Positions 49,578 through 58,888 of a DNA stretch of 64,000 nt are shown piece by piece (position 1 is the first letter of the stretch; each line of letters begins with the position of its first letter). The position numbers were made by a program, and so were the translations under genes. Source of the DNA: Vicinamibacteria bacterium (lineage in GTDB: Bacteria > Acidobacteriota > Vicinamibacteria > Marinacidobacterales > Marinacidobacteraceae); NCBI GenBank assembly GCA_963668695.2, contig CAXXLQ010000004.1, positions 768,001-832,000 on the forward strand, read 5' to 3'. The notes under the pieces are model-generated. The model was not told the origin of the DNA, made no database searches, and saw only the letters and a list, made by a program, of their open reading frames with translations.

Positions 49578-50776
49578 CCTTCGGCCGGAGTGGCCCGCTT
49601 CCTCGGCGGATCGAAGAAGGGCAGCGCCGCCACCCGCGAACACGCCCGCCGCCGGGTGTATTCCACGGTGACCTCGATATCGAGCGGAGTACCCGGCGCC
49701 TCGTATCCCCGGTGCACCGTGGCGAGCGCCAGTTGCCGCTTGAGGAGCGGCGACCAGCAGATGCTCGTCGCGCGGCCGACCTGCTGTCCTCCCGAATAGA
49801 CGGGAACGCCGTCCCGATTGACTTCCTCACCGACGTCGGGGGCGAGGTCATCCAAAGCAAAAAGGCGCTCGATTTCCATGATCGAGGTCTCGATCCCCAC
49901 GAAAAACCGCCCCGGCCCGCGGGCCCGTTCGGCCATGAGCGGTCCCTGGCCGATGAACGGTCCCTTCTTCGCGCTCACCGCCCAGCCGAGTCCCATCTCG
50001 TAGGGCGTGGATTTTTGCGCCTCGGTGAGCGCGAAGTCCGCGTTCCAGAAGTCCACCTCGATGAGGGGGAAGCCGGCCTCGACGCGGGCCCGGTCGAGCG
50101 CCAGCATTCCCGCGGGCACCAGGCCGCGGGGCTCGCCCGCTTCGAGCAGCAGGTCCCAGAGGGCGACCGCCGCCTCTCGGTCCACCCAGAGCTCGTAGCC
50201 CAGATCGCCGGTGTATCCGGTGCGGGTTACGACCACCGGGATCCCGCCGAGGCGCACCTCGCGGAGCCGGAAGAAGCCGAGGTCCGAAAGGTCCGCGTCC
50301 GCGAGCACGTTCAGGATCTGGCAGGACGTCGGCCCCTGGAGCGCGAGCGCTCCGAGTTCCTCCGATACCTCCTCGATCCGGACATCCATTCCCGCCGCCA
50401 CCCGTTCGAACCAGACGAGCGCCGGATCCACCGCGGTGGCGCGCACGAAGTCCGTCGCGAACCGTTGGAAGCAGCCGTCCTGCAGCAGCTTGCCGCGCTC
50501 GTCGCACCAGCCGGAATAGAGCACCTGCCCCACCCGCGATCGCGCCACGTTCCGGGTGATCAGCCGATCGGTGAGCGCGGTGGCGTCCGGCCCGACGAAG
50601 TTGTACTTGTAGAGCGGAGAGACGTCGATGAGCGCGGCGCCCGAGCGGACCGCGTGGTACTCGGGATCGTGGAACGTGTCGAAGGCGTTCACCACGAAGT
50701 ACCCGGCCCACTCCTTCCAGCGCAGGCTGGAGCAGAGCGCCTGGGTGCGGGGGTGAAAAGGGGTGCCGCGGGCCAT
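49574..50776 (-). CDS. GcvT-like aminomethyltransferase (folate-binding)
   Basis: AALIDVSPL, LALQGP, TRTGYTGDLGYEL, ARVEAG, PFFDP. Confidence 0.9.
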   Translation of the reverse strand: MARGTPFHPRTQALCSSLRWKEWAGYFVVNAFDTFHDPEYHAVRSGAALIDVSPLYKYNFVGPDATALTDRLITRNVARSRVGQVLYSGWCDERGKLLQDGCFQRFATDFVRATAVDPALVWFERVAAGMDVRIEEVSEELGALALQGPTSCQILNVLADADLSDLGFFRLREVRLGGIPVVVTRTGYTGDLGYELWVDREAAVALWDLLLEAGEPRGLVPAGMLALDRARVEAGFPLIEVDFWNADFALTEAQKSTPYEMGLGWAVSAKKGPFIGQGPLMAERARGPGRFFVGIETSIMEIERLFALDDLAPDVGEEVNRDGVPVYSGGQQVGRATSICWSPLLKRQLALATVHRGYEAPGTPLDIEVTVEYTRRRACSRVAALPFFDPPRKRATPAEG

Positions 50777-50835
50777 CTCCGGTTCCGCCCGGGGGGGCGG
50801 GGGTGAAGATGTTAGTCAGAGGCGGATCTGAGTGG

Positions 50836-51243
50836 TCACGCCATCAGGAGAGTGTGCTCCAGCCCGGGGATACGCTCGAAGTCCCGGTCGAAGGTCAGGA
50901 GGTGCCCTCCGCACTCCATGGTGGCGGCCGCGATCCACATGTCGTTGGTCGAGGGGGCCGATCCCACACGGCGCGTGTCGGCGAAGATTCGGGCAAAGAA
51001 GCGGACGGATGCGCGGGTTGTATCCACGACCTGAACCCACGGCTCCTCAAGAAAGTCGGCAAGGGACTGTCGGTTCGCGGCCGCCCGTCGTCCGATTTCG
51101 AAGCCGGCTTCGAGTTCGCCCAAGACGACGGCCGGCACGGACACGATCTTCGCACGCCTGATCAGGCCAGCGATTTCGGTGTGGCCGCGGCGGAAATACG
51201 AATATGCGCTTGTATCGAGGACGATGCGGGAATTCAGGATCAT
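50836..51243 (-). CDS. vapC: VapC-family PIN toxin
   Basis: LDTSAY, VLGEL, NDMWIAA, LTFDRDF. Confidence 0.92.
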   Translation of the reverse strand: MILNSRIVLDTSAYSYFRRGHTEIAGLIRRAKIVSVPAVVLGELEAGFEIGRRAAANRQSLADFLEEPWVQVVDTTRASVRFFARIFADTRRVGSAPSTNDMWIAAATMECGGHLLTFDRDFERIPGLEHTLLMA

Positions 51244-51255
51244 CGGGGCTACCCA

Positions 51256-51507
51256 TCACGGCATGCGTGGATAGCCGGGATCCTTGCCTCGCATTTCTCG
51301 AAGTACGGCGTTGAACTCCTCCGCCTCTTCGTCGGTCCAGTCCATATAGCGGAGCAGTCGCTCGCGGCGGGCATCCACACCCACGGCGTCACGGAGAATG
51401 CGGAGGACCGTCGCGTTCAGGCTCTCCCCGGCCGCGGCGCTGATGGCGCGCAACCGTTCCGAGAGGTCTTCGTCCACATAGCGGATAGTGAGTTGACTGG
51501 AAGGCAT
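51256..51507 (-). CDS. RHH antitoxin
   Basis: QLTIRYVD...GESLNATVL; upstream of vapC; inverted repeat ATGATGTCA-N6-TGACTTCAT (51506-51529) over its start. Confidence 0.82.
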   Translation of the reverse strand: MPSSQLTIRYVDEDLSERLRAISAAAGESLNATVLRILRDAVGVDARRERLLRYMDWTDEEAEEFNAVLREMRGKDPGYPRMP

Positions 51508-51671
51508 GATGTCAGAATTATGACTTCATGCCTGCATCCGGGCAATCGATCTGCTCCGGGGCAGGGAAACTGGCCGGCGTTCCCTGAACTGCGGGCCGCG
51601 ATGCCAGTCCGAAGACCGCCGCTTCTGCCGAAACCCTTGTTACAGTGCGCCACACCGGAGGACGGACAAAC

Positions 51672-52454
51672 ATGCGCAAAGAGGGACCCAGTCGGTTCGC
51701 GCTCCTCGCCACCTTGCTGCTCGCCGCACCGGCGGCCGCCCAACCGCTCGCCGACGCCAACCCCGAGGACGTTGTCCACGGGACACGCGTCTTCGAGGTT
51801 CATTGCGCCCGCTGCCACGGACTCGACGGCGCCGGGGGCGAGGGACCGAACCTGATGCGCGAGAACCTGCGGCGATCCACCGAAGACGACGCGCTCCTCG
51901 AGATCGTGGACAACGGCATCGCCGGCACCGACATGCCGGGCCACGGCTCGCTGAACACCAGGGAAATCCGGAACGTCGCCGCCTACGTCCGGTCGCTCGG
52001 CGTGGCGCCGCGCGAGGACCTGCCGGGCGACCCGGCGGCGGGCCGCGAGCTCTACGACATGACGCTCTGCTCGACCTGCCACATCGTGAACGGCGAGGGC
52101 ATGGCGCTGGGCCCGGATCTCTCCGATGTCGGTTTGCTGCGCGGCAGCGCCTACCTGCGCGAATCCGTCATGGATCCGCCGAAGGTCGTGAACCCCCGTT
52201 TCCGGACGGTGCTCATCGAGGACGCGAACAGCCGCACCGTCATGGGCGTGCGGGTGGCCGAGGACACCTTCACGGTCCAGGTCATTGACGAGGCCGGCCG
52301 GCACCGCTCTTTCCGCAAAAGCGAACTGCGGGAGTTCCAGTTGCTCCCCGAGGAAAGCATGATGATGAGTTACGCCGACTTTACGGACGAGGAGCTCGAC
52401 GATCTGGTCGCCTACCTCGCGACCCTCCGCGGCCCGGAAGGAGACCCCGAATGA
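51672..52454 (+). CDS. Diheme c-type cytochrome with a putative heme-binding domain
   Basis: Signal peptide, CARCH, CSTCH, GPDLS, DLVAYL; GGAGG RBS. Confidence 0.9.
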   Translation: MRKEGPSRFALLATLLLAAPAAAQPLADANPEDVVHGTRVFEVHCARCHGLDGAGGEGPNLMRENLRRSTEDDALLEIVDNGIAGTDMPGHGSLNTREIRNVAAYVRSLGVAPREDLPGDPAAGRELYDMTLCSTCHIVNGEGMALGPDLSDVGLLRGSAYLRESVMDPPKVVNPRFRTVLIEDANSRTVMGVRVAEDTFTVQVIDEAGRHRSFRKSELREFQLLPEESMMMSYADFTDEELDDLVAYLATLRGPEGDPE

Positions 52455-54079
52455 CCCGTCTGAGACTCTTGGGGACCCTTGCCCTCATCACTCTGATCGC
52501 GGCCCCGGCACTGGCGCAGGTGTCCTACTCGCGCCTCATGAACGCCGCCGACGAGCCCGACGCCTGGCTCATGTATTCCGGCAACTACCGCTCGGAGCGG
52601 TTTAGCCGGCTCGACCAGATCACCAAGGAGAACGTCTCCCGGCTGCGGCCGGCGTGGATCTACCAGACCGGGACTATTGGCCGGGTCGAGGTCACGCCGC
52701 TGGTGGCCGACGGCGTGATGTACATCGCCGAGCCCCCGAGCACGATCGCCGCGCTCGACGCCCACACCGGCCGGCGGCTGTGGCGCTACGACCCGATCAT
52801 CCCCGAAGAGACGCTGAACATCGGCTTCCCGCGGACGAACCGGGGGATCGCGATCCTCGGCGACACGGTGTTTTTCGGAACGCTCGACGCCCAGTTGATC
52901 GCGCTGGATCGAACGCACGGTGACGTCCGCTGGAAAGTCCCGATCGCCGACAACGCGGTCGGCTACGCGGTCACCGCGGCGCCGCTCGCGGTGGACGGCA
53001 AGGTCATCGTGGGGATCAGCGGCGGCGAGGCCGGCGTCCGCGGATTCCTCGACGCCTACGACGCGGAGACCGGCGAACGGGTCTGGCGTTGGTGGTCCGT
53101 CCCCGCCGAAGGGGAACCGGGCAACGACACCTGGGGCGGCGACAGCTGGAAGACGGGAGGAGGGGCTACCTGGTTGACCGGCTCCTATGACCCCGAACTC
53201 GGCCTCCTCTACTGGCCGACCGGGAATCCGGCCCCGGACTGGAACGGCGATTCCCGGCCCGGCGACAACCTCTATACCGACTCGCTGGTCGCACTCGACG
53301 TGAACACCGGCGAAATGCGCTGGTACTTCCAGTACACCCCGCACGACGTCCACGACTGGGACGCCAACCAGATCCCGGTGCTGGTGGACGCCGAGTGGGA
53401 CGGCACGATGCGGAAGCTGGTCATCCTCGCGAACCGCAACGCGTTCTACTACGTGCTCGACCGCGAGACGGGCCAGTTCCTGCGGGCGACCCAGTACGCG
53501 ACCCAGACCTGGGCGGAGCGGATCGACGAGAACGGCCGGCCCGTGCGCATTCCCGGGACGTCGCCGAGCGAGGAGGGGACGCTGGTGTGGCCGAGCCTTG
53601 CCGGCTCGACGAACTGGTACAGCCCTGCCTACGACCCGGACCGGATGTCGCTCTTCGTCCCGACCCGGGAGATGTCCTCCATCTACTTCAAGAGCGAGGC
53701 CGAGTACGAGCCCGGGACGGCTTTCGTCGGCGGCGGCGAGCGGAGGCCGGACTCGGATGAGACCTACGGAGCGGTCCGGGCGCTCGACGCCCTGACCGGA
53801 GAGCTGAAGTGGGAGTTCAAGCAGTTGACGCCCGCAGTGTCCGGGGTACTGGCCACCGCCGGCGGGCTCGTGATCTCCGGGACCCAGGAGGGCAACGTCT
53901 TCGCGGTGGATGCCGATACCGGCGAACCGCTCTGGGACTTCTACGTGGGCGGCGGCATCCGGGCGGCCCCGATGAGCTTCGCGCTTGACGGGCAGCAATA
54001 CATCTCGGTGGCGGCGGGCCAGTCCATCTTCACTTTCGCGCTCTCGCCGGGCGCGGACGCCGGCGGGAACGACGATTGA
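52451..54079 (+). CDS. PQQ-dependent dehydrogenase-family quinoprotein
   Basis: WLMYSGNY, TPLVADGVMY, GISGGE, GNPAPDW, HDVHDWD, Trp docking repeats. Confidence 0.92.
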   Translation: MTRLRLLGTLALITLIAAPALAQVSYSRLMNAADEPDAWLMYSGNYRSERFSRLDQITKENVSRLRPAWIYQTGTIGRVEVTPLVADGVMYIAEPPSTIAALDAHTGRRLWRYDPIIPEETLNIGFPRTNRGIAILGDTVFFGTLDAQLIALDRTHGDVRWKVPIADNAVGYAVTAAPLAVDGKVIVGISGGEAGVRGFLDAYDAETGERVWRWWSVPAEGEPGNDTWGGDSWKTGGGATWLTGSYDPELGLLYWPTGNPAPDWNGDSRPGDNLYTDSLVALDVNTGEMRWYFQYTPHDVHDWDANQIPVLVDAEWDGTMRKLVILANRNAFYYVLDRETGQFLRATQYATQTWAERIDENGRPVRIPGTSPSEEGTLVWPSLAGSTNWYSPAYDPDRMSLFVPTREMSSIYFKSEAEYEPGTAFVGGGERRPDSDETYGAVRALDALTGELKWEFKQLTPAVSGVLATAGGLVISGTQEGNVFAVDADTGEPLWDFYVGGGIRAAPMSFALDGQQYISVAAGQSIFTFALSPGADAGGNDD

Positions 54080-55155
54080 TGCGGCGGGCCGCGCCCCTTT
54101 CCGCAGCGCTGCTGGGGATCTTCGTGGGGATCTTCGCGGCCGGCTGCGGAGGGTCGGGGGAGCCGGACCCCGCGGGAGCGGAGTCCGGGGCGTCCTCTGA
54201 CCCGGCCGCCGGCCCGCTCCTGCTCGTCACCAACGAAGACGCCGGGACCCTGAGCATCGTCGCGACGACGACCCACGAGGTGTTGGCCGAGATCGAGGTC
54301 GGGCGGCGCCCGCGCGGGGTGCGCGCTTCGCCCGACGGCGGGATGGCCTACGTGGCGGTTTCGGGTTCGCCCAAATGCCCGCCCTGGATGGAGGAAGAAG
54401 GCTGCGCCGAACCCGACAAGCGGTTCGACGGGATCGCCGAAGTGGACCTCCGCGAGCAGGTCCGGACGCGGATACTGCCCGGCGGCTCGGATCCCGAGAC
54501 CTTCGACATCACCCCCGACGGCGCCCGGATCGTCGTTTCGAACGAGGACACCGACGAGGCGAGCCTCGTGGATCTGGAATCCGGCGAGATCATCCGCACG
54601 GTCCCGGTGGGGGCCGAGCCCGAGGGGGTGCGGATCAGCCCCGACGGGACGCTTGCCTACGTGACCGGGGAGACCGATCACGACGTCACGGTGCTCGACA
54701 CTTCGACCGGGGACGAGATCGCCCGGATCACCGTGGGGCACCGGCCGCGGGATCTGGTGTTCACCCCGGACGGAACGTTCGCCTACGTGTCTTCCGAGAT
54801 TGACGGCACGGTTTCCGAGATCGTGGTCGCCGAGAACCGGGTGAGCCGCACCATCGCGCTCCCCGAGGGGTCCCGGAGCATGGGTGTTGCCCTCTCGCTG
54901 GATGCGCGGACCCTCTACGTCGCGAACGGCCGGTCAAAGACCGTTTCCGTGGTGGATCTCGGCTCGGGAGAGGTCACCGCCAACGTCGAGGTGGGGGAGC
55001 GGCCCTGGGGAATCGTGCTCTCCTTCGACGGGAGCCTCCTCTACACGGCGAACGGGCCTTCGAACGACGTGACGGTGCTGGATACGGAGACGCTGGAAGT
55101 GGTCGCGCGCATCCCGGTGGGAGCGTCGCCGTGGGGGCTGGCGCTGGTTCCGTAG
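54079..55155 (+). CDS. YVTN beta-propeller lipoprotein
   Basis: Lipobox AAGC; repeats VG..P.G...SPDG..YV.N. Confidence 0.88.
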   Translation: MRRAAPLSAALLGIFVGIFAAGCGGSGEPDPAGAESGASSDPAAGPLLLVTNEDAGTLSIVATTTHEVLAEIEVGRRPRGVRASPDGGMAYVAVSGSPKCPPWMEEEGCAEPDKRFDGIAEVDLREQVRTRILPGGSDPETFDITPDGARIVVSNEDTDEASLVDLESGEIIRTVPVGAEPEGVRISPDGTLAYVTGETDHDVTVLDTSTGDEIARITVGHRPRDLVFTPDGTFAYVSSEIDGTVSEIVVAENRVSRTIALPEGSRSMGVALSLDARTLYVANGRSKTVSVVDLGSGEVTANVEVGERPWGIVLSFDGSLLYTANGPSNDVTVLDTETLEVVARIPVGASPWGLALVP

Positions 55156-55255
55156 GCGGGCAGTCGAAGCGCACGCTGCGCCGGGCGAGCGGCCCGGCGG
55201 ACGGCAAACCGGATGACGTGCACCGTCACTCCGAAATCAACAGGGAACGTTGCTA

Positions 55256-55870
55256 ATGAAGATCGACATGATGGAGTCACTGGGTTACTCCTTCCTGCGT
55301 CACGTCCAAGGTTGCTGGGTCGTGCAGACGAACTGGAAATGGCCCGGGCGCGGCGTCACAGAGCGTCAAGGACAAATTGAGGAAGAGTTTGAGGAGATGC
55401 GGAAGAACTTTGGTCCCGATGTGTTCAAGAAGACAGAGGACGTGGAGCAACTCCTCAAGCACGCCGAACTGGATGCATTAGGAGTAACTAGGAACGGAGA
55501 GGTACATGCCCTGGAAGCAGCGTTCCATGAAGGAGGGCTGCAGTACGGGAGGACAATCGATGAGACCTTCCGCATCGTCCGGAAAAAGATGCTCCGCACG
55601 TACCTCGTGCTGAAAGACCTCGATTTCTCTGAGGCGCGCCAACACATCTGGTTCCTCTCACCGAAAGTGAGGGGCGAGCGCGCCAAGAAGCTGGAGGAAC
55701 TGTTCAAGGAACTGAAAAGGACTTTATCCGCGCGTCCACTGGCATCTGTGCATCAACCAGTCGGTGGAGACTGAGGTACTGCAACCGACTCTTGACAAGA
55801 CAGAGGGCATGTCCGATCTGTCGGAGTTGTTCTTGAGGGCTAGAACATTGCTGAAGGTCATCAAACCTGA
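55256..55870 (+). pseudogene. Hypothetical protein, possibly nuclease-like, frameshifted near 55725
   Basis: MKIDMMESLGYSFLRHVQGC.VVQTNWK, ELDALG...EAAFHE; coding signal continues in another frame (WHLCIN...SDLSELFLRA); lower GC. Confidence 0.55.
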
Positions 55871-56110
55871 CCAGGCGGGTGGCGCCGCGCCAGCAACTGC
55901 GTCGCCAGTTCCCGGAGGCTGATGGCCTCCACCGTATCCGTGACCGGATAGCGGTCGGGCCCCGTACCCACCAGGAAACAGCGGTCCGGCGCCAGGGCCT
56001 CCGGGGCCAGATGAAAGCCCTTGGTGGTCCGGGGGACGCGACTCCACTTGGCCTCCACGGCCCAGCGCTCGCCGCTCGGGAAATCCAGCACCAGGCCCAT
56101 CTCCGCACCA
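55861..56110 (-). pseudogene. C-terminal remnant of an AAA/DUF4143 ATPase-nuclease gene
   Basis: GAEMGLVL...WAVEAK...P..TKGFH...LAPDRCFLV. Confidence 0.7.
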
Positions 56111-56168
56111 GCAGCGATGCTGGAGCGGCCAGTGCGGCTCCAGTCGGGCGCCTCGCTGAGAACCGCCA

Positions 56169-56651
56169 CTACTGGGATCGCGCCAATCCGCGGCGCGGCG
56201 CGCGTACTTTCCGTCTCACGCTGCGCGCTGCGTTCGTCGTCGGCGCGAACGAGGCTTGTTCGGCGAGCAGTTGTCCATGCTTCCTCGCCCGCGTCTTCCG
56301 CTCTTCGTCGGTTCCCGGGACGCCAGGCAGATCAATGTCGGCGTGGAACGGATTGTCCGGCCGCGGGGTGGCCCGCACGGTGCGGCCGTGCAGTCGCGCC
56401 GCCGCGACCACAATCGCAAGCCAGCCATAGAACGCTCTCGCGCCCTCCCGGCTCTCCGCCGCGCGTGTCCCAAGCTCCACCAATCGGGCGAGCGCGGCGC
56501 GGTCAAGACAGTCAACGGAGAGCGAACGGGCCTTCCAGTCGTAGAAGGCCCTCCAGCGAAGCCGCCGGTCCCCTTGTTGGCGCCGGGAGAATACGCGTCG
56601 TCCGAGACGCTCGTCGTCGCGAAGGTCAGCCGCGGACTTCGAGTTCGCCAC
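56169..56651 (-). CDS. Hypothetical protein, putative ADP-ribosyltransferase-like toxin
   Basis: ERLGRRVF, SLSVD, NPFHADI motifs; start overlaps the upstream gene. Confidence 0.55.
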   Translation of the reverse strand: MANSKSAADLRDDERLGRRVFSRRQQGDRRLRWRAFYDWKARSLSVDCLDRAALARLVELGTRAAESREGARAFYGWLAIVVAAARLHGRTVRATPRPDNPFHADIDLPGVPGTDEERKTRARKHGQLLAEQASFAPTTNAARSVRRKVRAPRRGLARSQ

Positions 56652-57180
56652 GGACCGGAACCCCCACTCGCCGCAAAGCAGGACGGCCGAACGCTTCAAG
56701 AAGCTGGCGCCAGGTCGCGAATCTCTCCGTGACCACCTCGCCGGCGACGAGTTCCTGATAGATGGCGGAACCGTCCGATTCCACAATCAGGAGCAATCGG
56801 CACCCCTTCCGACCATAGAACTCGACGCTGACGCCTCCGTCCGCATCGTCGTCCACTGCAGGAGCGTCGTCCGCCCATCTGGCCAGTTGGCGGAGCAACG
56901 AGCGAGCCTCGGCGACCACCTCGCCGGAGGGGGTCGGCCCATCCACTTCCACGCCCTCTCCGACCTCTTCGAGTTCCCGGAGCGCTTGCGGAAGCCAGCG
57001 CGCTTCAGGCGGATCCGGAGTTGGAACCCGTGGCAACGATCGGTTCCGGCGCCGGGAAGTTTCGGAGCCCTCGGAAACAGCTCGCGCCATTCCGCTGCCG
57101 CCCGCTACCGGGAGGCCCCCGGGCGTCCGCTGCGCCTGCATTCGACCCCTGCCACGGGGCGGGTTCGGATCCGTCCCCAT
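56626..57180 (-). CDS. Hypothetical acidic protein, putative antitoxin/partner
   Basis: AAGGAG RBS; WL..AL.EL...P.V..D.DGGVSVEF...LLLIVE.DG. Confidence 0.55.
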   Translation of the reverse strand: MGTDPNPPRGRGRMQAQRTPGGLPVAGGSGMARAVSEGSETSRRRNRSLPRVPTPDPPEARWLPQALRELEEVGEGVEVDGPTPSGEVVAEARSLLRQLARWADDAPAVDDDADGGVSVEFYGRKGCRLLLIVESDGSAIYQELVAGEVVTERFATWRQLLEAFGRPALRRVGVPVRGELEVRG

Positions 57181-57429
57181 CGCTCTCTCTCCTTCGAGTC
57201 TAGCGCCCGCCCGCAGCCTGGCGCAGGGCGCCGTGAGACGCAGAGCCCTTTGTGGAGGGTTGGTCCATGGGCTTCCGACATGTCCCACTTTTTCGGCGTG
57301 ATTTGGTGTCGCCGAAGGGGTGGGTTAAGTGGATCCGGAGGGGTTTCGGTCGGATAGGCGGCGGGGGTGAGTTCCGGACTGGGCGCGGCGCTACCCGTGC
57401 GTCACCTCCGATCCTTTCGCAGCCGCTCC

Positions 57430-57560
57430 GGCACCCCATGAGGTGGTAGCTCTCGCGTAGCCACTCCTGAACCTCGCCGTCCAACGCCTCGGGCGCCATC
57501 ACGGCGAGGGTGTGGACGAACCACTCCGGGACAACCTCCCAGACACGCGCGAAACGCGAC
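57430..57560 (-). pseudogene. Short gene remnant (DUF5655-like C-terminus)
   Basis: WFVHTLAVMAPEALDGEVQEWLRESYHLMG. Confidence 0.35.
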
Positions 57561-57635
57561 GAAATGAGTTACCCCGGGAAGCGCGGAGAGGGCTGGAACG
57601 CCGACCTCCAAGCTCGGCGGGCGCATCGCGAAGGC

Positions 57636-57915
57636 TTACCGGGCGCGCACACAACGGCGGGCCAGCGGCTCCGCCGCCCGTTCCCGGAGCCCGATGGCCT
57701 CGACCTCATCGCTCACCGGGTAGCGGTCCGGGCCCGCGCCGACCAGGAAGCACCGATCGGGCGCCAGCGCCTCGCGCGCGAAGTGGAAGCCCTTGGTGGG
57801 CCGGGGAACGCGGCTCCCCTTGATCTTGACGGCCCAGCGCCTGACACCCGTCCGTGACCGGGCGCCCCTCAGTCGTCCTTGCAAATTGCGCGTCACAGGC
57901 CGGATATACAAGGAC
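57636..57915 (-). pseudogene. Second AAA/DUF4143 remnant: upstream palindrome joined to the C-terminal coding end
   Basis: WAVKIK..RVPRPTKGFH...LAPDRCFLVGAGPDRYP is homologous to 55861-56110; inverted repeat GTCCTTGCAAAT-N17-ATATACAAGGAC at 57875-57915. Confidence 0.65.
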
Positions 57916-57998
57916 AAACGCCAGCGAGCCGAACAGGCGGAGGGATTGCGACCGACGTTGTTCCTGCGTTATGTTCCTACATACAGGGACCACAAACG

Positions 57999-58364
57999 AT
58001 GAAGGCATTCAGTGTTCGAGAACTCAAGAACAACCCATCGGCTGCCCTGCGGGAGGCTCGGAAGGAGCCCGTCATGGTGCTCAAACGGAACCACCCGGAG
58101 GCGTTGCTCGTACACCTCAGCGACGACTCGCTGCTGGCCGAACCGGGCATCCGGGAAGCGGTCGCTACGGCGCTCTTCCGGAGCCGCAGCTTGTCTCTGG
58201 GCCGGGCGGCGGAGATCTCCGGGCGGCCAATCGCGGAATTCATGCAGCATGTCTCCCGCTTGGGGATTCCGGTCGTGGACGGTAGCGCCGCGAGCCTGCG
58301 CGAGGACGTCGAGGCGATCTCGCAGTGGATGAACGAATCGTCGCGGCCGACGCCAGCCCGCTGA
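57999..58364 (+). CDS. Antitoxin: Phd/YefM-like N-terminus fused to UPF0175 HTH
   Basis: MKAFSVRELKNNPS..LR, LSLGRAAEISG...EFM...GIP. Confidence 0.8.
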   Translation: MKAFSVRELKNNPSAALREARKEPVMVLKRNHPEALLVHLSDDSLLAEPGIREAVATALFRSRSLSLGRAAEISGRPIAEFMQHVSRLGIPVVDGSAASLREDVEAISQWMNESSRPTPAR

Positions 58365-58837
58365 TCACCCTGGCTTCGGCCGGCGCGTTCGATCTGCTGC
58401 GCAAACTGTTCGGCCGCATTCTTGTGACCACCGCGGTCCGGAACGAGGTGTTGGCCGGCGGAACAAGGCCGGGAGTCCGGGAACTGAACGCCGCAGTCGA
58501 AGAAGGGTGGGCCGTCATCGTAGAGACCGCACCGACCGGGGCCATCTTTCGGGGCCTCGGCGCCGGAGAGGCCAGCGTCCTCGCGCTCGTACGGGACCAG
58601 AGCGAGCCGTCCTTGCTGCTGTTGGACGACCCGCTGGCCCGCTCTCACGCCCACGCACTGGGCAAGCCCGTCACCGGAGTGGTGGGAGTTCTTCTGATGG
58701 CGAAGCGGCAGCGGCTGATCCCGGCGGTTGGCCCGTTGCTGCCACGTCTCACGAGCAGCGGATTCCGGCTGTCGGACCAGGTGCTCCGTGGCGCGCTCGC
58801 GGAAGCCGGGGAGAGCCCGTTGGGGGTGGAATCCTGA
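58325..58837 (+). CDS. DUF3368-family PIN-domain toxin
   Basis: ADASPLI, LGAGEAS, LLDD..AR, G.VGVLL.AK, GFRLS. Confidence 0.85.
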   Translation: MDERIVAADASPLITLASAGAFDLLRKLFGRILVTTAVRNEVLAGGTRPGVRELNAAVEEGWAVIVETAPTGAIFRGLGAGEASVLALVRDQSEPSLLLLDDPLARSHAHALGKPVTGVVGVLLMAKRQRLIPAVGPLLPRLTSSGFRLSDQVLRGALAEAGESPLGVES

Positions 58838-58888
58838 CCGGACGGGCGACCCGGACGGGCGACCCGGAGGCCGATGGTGTCTGCCGTC

